Below, piece after piece: positions 34,541-45,402 of a stretch of DNA of 64,000 nt; within the stretch, counting starts at the first letter, position 1, and every line of letters starts with the position of its first letter. Made by a program: the position numbers and the translations under genes. Under the pieces are notes generated by a model, which saw nothing but the letters and a program-made list of their open reading frames with translations, was not told the origin of the DNA and did not search any database. Origin of the DNA: Octopus sinensis (Eukaryota); NCBI RefSeq assembly GCF_006345805.1, contig NC_043010.1:63550001-63614000 (forward strand), in the 5' to 3' direction.

Positions 34541-35456
34541 ATATATATATATATATACACACACACATATGCATGCATATACATATATACACACACATAA
34601 ACATATATATACACATATATGCATACATATATACAAACATAGACACACACATATATATATATATATATGTATACATACATACATACGTGTGTTAGTGTGT
34701 ATGTACACACACACACATCAGGAATCATGCACATGTATCAATTTATCAATAAGCATACATTTAATGCCTCACTGTTCATTGTAGAATATATATAAACACC
34801 AAGAGCAGAGTAAACACACATTATAAGAATATATATATATATGTATGAGTGTGCATATATATACACACACACAGAATTCACATATAAACACAGTAATGTG
34901 TACATATACACAGCAGTAGAAAAAATTATGCATCTATATACATAGCTTTACATTTGTGTGTATGCATATGTGTACATCTATCTACACATATATACATACA
35001 ACACACACACACTTTTTTTTTACATAGAATTCTATTTGCATATATCCAAAAACAAACTTCATTATAAATTATTTGCTGATTAGAGCCACCTTTGTTGGGG
35101 CAATATTCCCACCCCACCCCCACAAAAAAAAATGACAACAAATATACAAATATACACATCAGTGTTTCAACCATCACCCCTCAGACATCCAGGCAGACTG
35201 GGAACATTCATAATTGTTAATATCAACCAGGTTTTTTTTTTATCCTTCCCCTCTTCTTTAATACTCAGAAATGTTGGTAATTACTAGTGCCTGGATAGAA
35301 ATACTATCAATGCATAGATGTGTGTGTGTGTGTGTCTGTGTGTGCGCACACATTCATTTCAATGCTTATATGTACTGATATCTATAAATAACTGTACAAT
35401 ACATACATGTTTTATATATATATATATGTATATATGTATGTATATGTATATATGTA

Positions 35457-35491
<35 letters not shown>

Positions 35492-35497
35492 GTATAT

Positions 35498-35552
<55 letters not shown>

Positions 35553-36829
35553 GTATGTATATATATATATATACACACACACACACGTGCACACAAATAT
35601 ATATGGGTATATATATATTCATACACATAAGCATATAAATAAACACATCATATATATATATATATATATATACTTATACCACACACACACACACGTACAT
35701 TGTTGACTTTATACATGCACTTATAGTGAAAGAGGATACAGTTTTTGAGCATCCCCTTTCAAGGTGAGGAGGATGTCCAAAATCCCTTAAAGGGGACACA
35801 CATTGGCAGTGGGTTAGCTCTCCTACTTACTATATACTAGTCGTGAATATGTCTAGTGTCATTTGATATGTGCATGGGACCATCTGTTGTTAACAGGGTG
35901 ATTGCTGTTCTGGTGGAAGGCCCCTTAAATAATATGGAGGAAGTATTTCTTGAGCCACTGGGCTGATTCTCTTACCATACAAATAATCATGTGTATACAT
36001 ACATGGACATACACACACATGTGTGCAATTGCATGTATACATGTATGTTCAGGCCACAACACACCCATGAAACCATTTGCTATCCCCATGTTATGCAAAC
36101 CAATACTTTCTCCAAAGAAGAATCTTATTGCTGTGAGACTGGTTAGAAACCCTAACCACTCCTCTCCCATCATAACTTAAAGATCATGTCTATTCAATTG
36201 TAACTCCTCTTCCCTACGTGATATCTTCACATCACATTCTCAGGTTACTCTTCATGGCCACCACGGGGCTCCAATAATCAGCATTTCCACCAGAAACGCT
36301 GGGCCTTCAGTGACACATCAGTTCTAAGCAACAGCTGTTCCTCAAGTAAGTCGCAACACTAGAACATTATGCATCTGAAACTGTGCACCTGTCATGCACA
36401 GTTTTTATTGCATTCAAATTTGATTACCTAACAGGAAAACCTTGCCCACCCAACCCTAGCATTTCACACTCAACCCTTTCTCCTATTCCCTTTACTTTGT
36501 CAATACCCAATTTTTTAAAACTGCATCCCAACAATACTTCCTTGCTGGTAACCACAAAATCGAGAGGGTTTGGAAAGGGATAAGGGCACAATCCCTAAAC
36601 CATTTGGTTATATCAATAAAAAATATCTCTGACTGGATATTTACCTGAGTAATAAAGTTAATAATATAAAGCACTTCTTTGCTAGGATAATAAAGACTTT
36701 AATATAAAGCCTTCTCTCTTTCTGTGTGTGTGTGTGTGTGAGTGTATGTGTACAGTTTGTTGACTGATACTTTTCGTGAACTGAGAAGACAGTCTCACCC
36801 AGTGCTACAACACTGATGGCAGACTTAAT

Positions 36830-37620
36830 CAACCTGGGAAAAAAAAAACTCCAGGATGAAACCAAACTGAAAGCTGATACAGCATGTGTGGTCCTGTTTG
36901 CAGATGGCAGGACTCACAGTACCGGCTTAGCGTTTGGGATGCATAAAACAGGTTCTTTTAGCCTGCAATGATATTAGCCTCACCATCAACACCAATGCAT
37001 ACCATTCAGCCCCTCATAAGGGGTGAATCACACCTGCAAACACAGTCAAGAACCAGAATCTGCATACCACCAACAAACAAGCTCACATATCCTTGGCAAC
37101 CACTCTCTCAAGAATCATCCATATTGATGAAGTCAAGAGCAGAAGGCCAAGTCCATCATAGCCTTTGGTGAACTTCACAAGAACATCTGAGCGAGGAAGG
37201 GCCTCGACCATCAAACCAAGCAGAAGGCCTACAGAGCTGCTGTTCTGCCAACTCTGCTGTATATCAGAGAGAGATGGAGACTGTTTACAGCAGCTACACC
37301 GTGAAGTTGAATGGTGGCCACTTGAACTGCCAACATCCACACACTTTTACGCAGAGAGCTTAGAGTTATGGCTGACTGAGACTCGCTGTCATATTTTAGA
37401 AATGTCTTTCCTACATTTGTGCTTGTAGAAGGAAATACTTAATCAGTGGGCAGTGGTGAGGCCTCCTTGCAAAAAAGACTTTAGCATTTAGAGCTTCAGA
37501 GACATGGGAGTCTTGCTGCCGAGAGATATGCTTGGTAGTCTCATGAGAAAAGATGTCACAGGGTGTGAGTAGGTCAGCAGCTGGAAAGGTTCAGAACCAC
37601 TGACACATCGACAAAAAGGT
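36830..37620 (+). mobile_element. Degraded RTE LINE reverse-transcriptase region
   Basis: Remnants VLFADG, LTIN, IHIDEV, AFGELHKNI, TKQKAYRAAVLPTLLY with frameshifts. Confidence 0.75.
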
Positions 37621-37832
37621 TTTGTTGGCCAATCCCCAAATGCTGCCATCAATGATGTCATGATGATGATGATCATCATCATCAATATGAATGAACAACT
37701 GAGGAGGAAGTACGTGTGTACTTATGTGATTCTATGTTAGTGTGTGTGTGTGTGTGTGCAGTTATGTTTGTGTATTTGTATATGCTTGTATATACAAAAG
37801 TGTGTATGTGTATATGTATGTATGTATATATT

Positions 37833-38087
37833 GCCGGTGACACGTAAAAGCACCATCCGTTCGTGGCCGTTGTGCCAGCTCTGTCTGGCACCTGTGCAGG
37901 TGGCACGTAAAAAACACCCACTACACTCGCGGAGTGGTTGGCGTTAGGAAGGGCATCCAGCCGTAGAAACACTGCCAAATCTGACTGGGCCTGATGAAGC
38001 CTTCCGGCTTCACAGACCCCAGTTGAACCGTCCAACCCATGCTAGCATGGAAAGCGGATGCTAAATGATGATGATGATGATGATGAT
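37833..38087 (+). mobile_element. RTE 3' end with GAT tail
   Basis: Family match. Confidence 0.82.
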
Positions 38088-38279
38088 GTGTGTTCATTTG
38101 TATGTTTTTGTATTTGTGTGCATATAAGCAAGTTGATTTAAGGGCCGAGAGAACCAGTAAGAGGTGTGCATAGATATGCGGGTATATTTGTAGGGGCCAA
38201 CATGAAGTCCCAAAGAAAGCCATGTTGTCTTTAGCTGATGTCCATTGCTAGACAATAAACACCAAAAGGTACCATAGAA

Positions 38280-38319
<40 letters not shown>

Positions 38320-38639
38320 GTATGAATGGGGATATTAGATGCAACATTATGTGTGTACATATATACATGGATGTTTACATGCACACAAGTATAAAACACA
38401 TCCACACCCACACGGAAAGATTACAAAAAAAAAAAAAAAGGAAAGAAAAAAAAAGAAAAACAAAGCACAGGCATGAAAACATGAATTAAGAAAAATTTGC
38501 ATAAATATTTTTGTGTGCATAAAAACGCACACACACACACACACACAGATGTATGGAAACAGAGAAACGCAGAAAGACAAACATTCATTCTTTTACTCAA
38601 ACTTACACAAAGTTCTGAAACCATATGTGTATGTGTACA

Positions 38640-38704
38640 TATATATGTATATATATAATTACATTTTAATATATATATATATATATATATACATATATAT
38701 AATT

Positions 38705-38744
<40 letters not shown>

Positions 38745-38797
38745 CATGTTATATATATATATATAATTACATGTTATATATATATATATATATAATT

Positions 38798-38836
<39 letters not shown>

Positions 38837-38860
38837 CATGTTATATACATATATATAATT

Positions 38861-38892
<32 letters not shown>

Positions 38893-38932
38893 ATTACATG
38901 TTATATATATATATATATAATTACATTTTATA

Positions 38933-38963
<31 letters not shown>

Positions 38964-38966
38964 ATT

Positions 38967-39006
<40 letters not shown>

Positions 39007-39082
39007 CATGTTATATATATATATATATAATTACATGTTATATATATATATATAATTACATGTTATATATATATATATAATT

Positions 39083-39120
<38 letters not shown>

Positions 39121-39171
39121 CATGTTATATATATATATATAATTACATGTTATATATACATATATATAATT

Positions 39172-39213
<42 letters not shown>

Positions 39214-39287
39214 CATGTTATATATATATATATATACATGTTATATATATATATATAATTACATGTTATATATATATATATATAATT

Positions 39288-39358
<71 letters not shown>
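38640..39358. repeat. Minisatellite: (TA)n punctuated by attacat(g/t)tt
   Basis: More than 20 recurrences of attacatgtt or attacatttt. Confidence 0.92.
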
Positions 39359-39361
<3 letters not shown>

Positions 39362-39498
39362 AGGAAGGACATCCAGCCGTAGAAACATTGCCAGATCAGA
39401 CTGGCCTGGTGAAGCCTTCTGGCTTCCCAGACCCCAGTTGAACCGTCCAACCCATGCTAGCATGGAAAGCGGACGCTAAATGATGATGATGATGATGA
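39359..39498 (+). mobile_element. RTE 3' end with GAT tail
   Basis: Family match. Confidence 0.8.
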
Positions 39499-41994
39499 CA
39501 TATATATATATGTACATATACACATATAGTGTATAATTATGTATATATAGACACACACACACTTCTACATGCATACCACATATACACACTCCTTATTTAC
39601 GAAGGTCATGACCAAAGCCATCATTTACACACATATACAGATGTATATACAGAGGAAAATTTGAAAAATCCATAGTAGCAGCCCTGCCCAAAATAAGTTT
39701 CTTGGTTGGTGTTGAGTATGTTTATGCGAGTGTGTGCGTGTGCACATGCATGGATGCACACATACATACAAATATATATATATATACGTTTGTAAATCCA
39801 TGGGCACACACAGACATATTTTTAAACAAAGTCCTTCTCCAAGTGTTCTCTGATTGTTCTTCATTAATATGATTTTTTTTTTTTTGTTTCAAATAATTAT
39901 AAAGTGATGGAAAAAAAAAAATTGTCCAGGAAGATGGGGGGGGGTGAAGTTGTCATAAAAAAAAAACCAGGAAAAGAAAGAAAAAATACAAATTAGATGA
40001 TGGGAAAAAAAAATTAAAATAAGCACCACAAAGATAAGCCAAAAAAAAAAATCCCAGGGTTATGGCTGGTGGTGGTGGTGGTGGTGGTGATGATGAGAGG
40101 GAGGGAAGGAAGAAGTAGTACACAATGTCAAAATATATTTTCCTGAGCCTTGATGCAGCGGAGGCTGCCTGTGGCGAGTTGCAGTCATCATTGAGTTAGG
40201 AGATACACACACACATAGTAATAGTAGTAGTAGTAGTAATGATGGTGGTGGTGGTGGGGTGGTGGTGGTGGTGACAGCAGAGGCAGTGGTGCTTAATAGG
40301 AGCCCAGATAATAAAAGGAGAAGCAGAAGATGATCCAGAAAACAAACGTCTACATCTGACTTGGACTATTTCTCCTTTCGAGCTGTTAGCAATAACAGGA
40401 TTATTTTGGTTTTTGTTCTTTTTTTTTTTGCATTGGAATGGGGTGGGGTGGGGGGTTGTTAAGTGTTTTTTTTTTCTCTCTCTCTCTCTGTTTTGCTAAC
40501 TTTTTTTTTTTCTGTTGAAATTTTCATTTTTTTTTTTTGTTCTAATCATATTTGGCAGTGAATTCATTTCTAGAGAGTGTCTAGTGTCCAGAGAAGAGTG
40601 CCGTGGCAGATTATTTATATATATATATATACACACATACACATAGGTCTGTCTGTGCATGTGTGTATATGTTATTAGTTGACAGTGGTGAGCTGAAATT
40701 TCTCTTATGGTAATGAAAAGGCAACAGAAAGCTCTCTCCACCCGTTCCATATGGAGTTTCCCTTCTATCATGATAAATGCTGATGTTGTTTGTAGGGGGT
40801 TTAGGCCATAAAAGCACTGATGATGGAGCCATGTACATAGAAAAATCCCTGGTGATGGTGCAATGTAAAAAGCATTGAGTAGACTCAGTAAAGTGGTTGG
40901 TGTTAGGAAGGGCATCCAGCTGCAGAACCCAAGCCAAAACAGACTGTGGGACCTGGTGTGGGCCCCTGGCTTTGCCAGTTCTTGTCAAGCCATCCAACCC
41001 ATGCCAGCATGGAAAACAGATGTTAAATGATGATGATGATGATGATGATGATATTCATGATATATAATATCGTTGTTGTCATAGTAGACCTATGGGCAAA
41101 TCTATTCCAGCCATGACCATTCCTTCTTTTTTATTCGGACACAGTACATACAGCATTATATTTGCCATTGTATCCATTTTTTAAAAAAGAGAGTAGGCTG
41201 TGATCTGAAGGTGACTTGACCTCCTACTTAGCAAAGTTAACAATGACAGCCTACCAGCATGGGGCTATCATTTCAGTATTTTGTCAGTAGCACTGGGCTG
41301 TGTCCATGATAACAAACACTACTGAACTCACATTTGTGTATACAAACAGGTAACTTTAAGCAACATGGACCACAGATAATAGACCAAAATGTCAGCTTAT
41401 GGTGTTGAACAGAAACCCTTTTCCAAGAGGTGATGTGTTCTCTAATGATTCCATTTACTTGTAAGGAAGCATTATACGAGCTGATACTTTATTAACACCA
41501 GAAGGACAAAAGACAAAGTTAACCACGACAGAATTTGAGCTTAGAAAGTAAACAGCCACAACCAAATACTGCAGGCATTTTGTCCAAATTTCTAACAATT
41601 CTACAGATTCAAGACCCTAAGGTATGGCTCGAAGATCAAGCATTGTCAGTTTGTCTTCAGTGAGATGCATTGACATAAAAAGTTAAGGAACAAACAACCT
41701 TCGAAACATGTTTGTATTCCATATATAGCATAAAAAAGTAGAGTGTCATGGGGTAAATGGCTCTGTTGGAAATGGTGGTGGTGGTGGTGTGTTTTATATA
41801 TAAATAGCAAAGGGTAAGTACGATCCACAGATGCAAGCAGCAATGTAAACAATGTTGAGGTAACAGAGACCTGAAGAAGATTAGCCAAGGTGGACTGTGC
41901 TCATTACAACTTATGTAACAGACTTCAGCTTGTTACGAAACAACTGTAGTCCACACTACTTGTTCCGCTCCTTACCTTTTGTGTATATATTAAA

Positions 41995-42377
41995 GGAGGC
42001 GCAATGGCCCAGTGGTTAGGGCAGCGGACTCGCGGTCATAGGATCGCGGTTTCGATTCCCAGACCGGGCGTTGTGAGTGTTTATTGAGCGAAAACACCTA
42101 AAAAGCTCCACGAGGCTCTGGCAGGGGATGGTGGTGATCCCTGCTGTACTCTTTCACCACAACTTTCTCTCACTCTTACTTCCTGTTTCTGTTGTACCTG
42201 TATTTCAAAGGGCCGGCCTTGTCACTCTCTGTGTCACGCTGAATATCCCCAAGAACTACGTTAAGGGTACACGTGTCTGTGGAGTGCTCAGCCACTTACA
42301 CGTTAATTTCACAAGCAGGCTGTTCCGTTGATCGGATCAACCGGAACCCTCGTCGTCGTAACCGACGGAGTGCTTCC
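41995..42377 (+). mobile_element. SINE family A
   Basis: Family match; TSD tatatattaaa before the element and after its TA tail (to 42420). Confidence 0.92.
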
Positions 42378-42381
42378 CATA

Positions 42382-42416
<35 letters not shown>

Positions 42417-44511
42417 TAAAATAGACAAAATTTATTATCCTTATTCTATGCCCATGTTTCTTGACTGGCATGGGTTATTTTATTTCATTATATTTTCGCA
42501 TTTTTTGTGAATTACTGTATCATTGCTTGCAAGTTTCCAATGGCCCAATCCCTGATTCACTGCATTTTAACAGTGAGTGTGGCAAGGGAGTACCTGCAAC
42601 TTGATGTTGAATAAACATAGCAATGAACCTTGTTCCTAATGCACCATTCTTCAGTTTTTCTCAAAGATGTACATCAGTGAAACACATCCAAACAGACTTG
42701 TTTGCTTAACATTCATTTTTCCATGCTAGCTGGGGATTTGTTCAAGGCAATACTCTACGACCTGATGTCCTTTCTGTCAGCAACCCTTACCTGTTTACAA
42801 GCAAGAGCCCCTTTTTATTCCCCTACATAGATCGACTGGTTGTAATATCAACAAGGAATGCGAATGTTCTATCACCATTTCACTCAGGCAGTGACAAGTG
42901 TAGCCATGGGATATCAGTATGTTTGCATGCTTACACATACATGAAGGGCTTCCATCAGTTTCCTTCTACCAAATCTGCCTCACACTGTATAAGTCAACCT
43001 GAGGCTATGGCACAAAAACAAACATTTGTTGCTCTGTGGAACTGGACCCAGAGCCATGTAGTTACAAAATGAACCACAATGTCACAATGGGTTTGTTCCA
43101 GCACAGAGTCACACTACTTATTGCAGTTCCTGCACCCTGCTATTATTTAGTCAGGGGTGGGCCGACGCCCCTAACATCAATAACAACAACAAAAACAATA
43201 ATCCTTTCTATTACAGGCAAAAGGCCTGAAATTGGGAGGGGGGGCAGTCGATTACATTGATCCCAGTACGCAACTGGTACTTAAAGGATGAAAGGTAAAG
43301 TCAACCTCGGCAGAATTTGAGCTCAAAATGTAGTGATGAGCAAAATGGTGCTAGGCATTTCGTTCAGGGTGCCATCAATTCTGCCAAGCTCACTTGCCTT
43401 ACAACAATGACAATATAATGTAAGCCTCCGAGTTAGTTGCAACAAGCAATATTTTTACAAAAGAAGCCAACTGAATCAATAACAACATCTTACTGGTACC
43501 TATTTGACTGGCAGCCTCCTCATCAAATATGAAACACAATGTCTACCTGGGTGGCATTTCACATCCGAAATGGCAATGAAACAAAAGTAAATCACTTAGA
43601 AACATTAAATATAACACTTTCTGTTTTCTGCCAGCCTCACACCATAGTTTGTCGTTTCGGTTTTTTTTTTCTTCTTTTTTGCTTTTTGTAATAGTAAAAA
43701 TAATAATAATAATAATGATAATATACGTTTTTTTTGTTTTTTTTCCAATATGGGCTTGAAACCTGAGTTTTTTCTTTTTGGAGGGAGGGGGGAGGAATAG
43801 AAACCAGAAAAAGGGGATCACTGACAAAAACATAAAGTAGCTCCAGCTGGCAAAAGAAACTGGTTTGTAGATTTGGCACTCACACACACACACACACACA
43901 CACACCACAGTCTTGTGTAGAGTCAAGGCCCCAGATTTATAGGAGTGAAATAATGGGAAGATGTGATGCTCATTACATTTCATTAATAATCACGACGACG
44001 ACGACGATGACGATGAGGATGATGATAATTTCATTCTGTGAGGCATGAGATGCAGAAGGGACAAGAAACTGTGTTGTTCACATTAGAATACAACTTGGGT
44101 CATAAACTTTGTCTGCCAATCAACCACTGCACCACCAAACCGCAAAATAAAAAATTTCATATATATATATATAATTAATAAGCACCTTTTTTTTTTGTTT
44201 CGCTTTTTTTTTTGTATTTTGTTGTATGATTTCATAGTGAATACACATTTCTTTGCATAAATATCTTTCGTTCTCTCTCTCTCTCTCACTATATATACAC
44301 GAACACGAATGTATGTATATATATGCGCATGTATGCGTGTGTATGAGTATGGACAGTTGTAGCTCAGTTGGTGGAGCATTAGCACCTTAAATAATATGCT
44401 GCTTAGCTTTCAGTTTTTGGCATTCAGTGCTGGTTTTGTCATCATTTATCACTGCTGTTGAATGCATGTGCATACACACATCTGTAGGTGTATATATATA
44501 CATATATATAC

Positions 44512-44548
<37 letters not shown>

Positions 44549-44553
<5 letters not shown>

Positions 44554-44779
44554 CTTTACTGCCCACAAGGGGCTAAACACAGAGGGGACAAACTAGGACA
44601 GACAATGGGATTAAGTCGATTACATCGACCCCAGTGCGAAACTGGAACTTAATTTATCGACCCCGAAAGGACGAAAGGCAAAGTCGACCTCATCGGAATT
44701 TGAACTCAGAACATAACAACAGACGAAATACCGCTAAGCATTTCGCCCGGCGTGCTAACGTCTCTGCCAGCTCGCCACC
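44549..44779 (-). mobile_element. SINE family C inside (TA)n
   Basis: Family match. Confidence 0.87.
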
Positions 44780-44862
<83 letters not shown>

Positions 44863-45402
44863 TTTTGTGTGTGCCTGTATGTACATGTTTGTATTTGTTA
44901 AGACCAGCAGTTTCTTTATGTAAATGCTCATTGACACCAGGTCACGCTTTCATTTCATTCATTTTTTAAAAATTAATTTGTTTAATGCACAGTTAAACTT
45001 TAATTATCTGAACATCAGTTTCCCAAACGAAATCTCGAGGTCCCACAATTAAGTTCAACACGGCTGCCTTTGTTCATGATCAGATCAGTTACCCAAACAA
45101 AAATACTCTTTGCCTGTCTTATTCAGATAATGAAGGTCTAACTGTTTTGTTCGACGTTATGCCAGTGCAGGGCATGTATATACATATACACACAAATATA
45201 CACGCATATATGCATACACACATGCAGCATATATCACACGTTTACATACACACATAGAATGAACATAGATATATAGATTTGTAAATGTTTTATCACACAC
45301 ACACAGACACAAAATAAAGATATAGGATCTTATAATAAAAAATGAATTTATCAAACACAGGTATGCAATATAGGCCATTATTTGGCATTAATTGCCATCA
45401 GA

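Noticed and set aside
36240-36585. Possible minus-strand LINE ORF1 zinc-knuckle remnant (PNPL..., GGH)
   Set aside because: Requires several frameshifts; similarity too weak to call by eye
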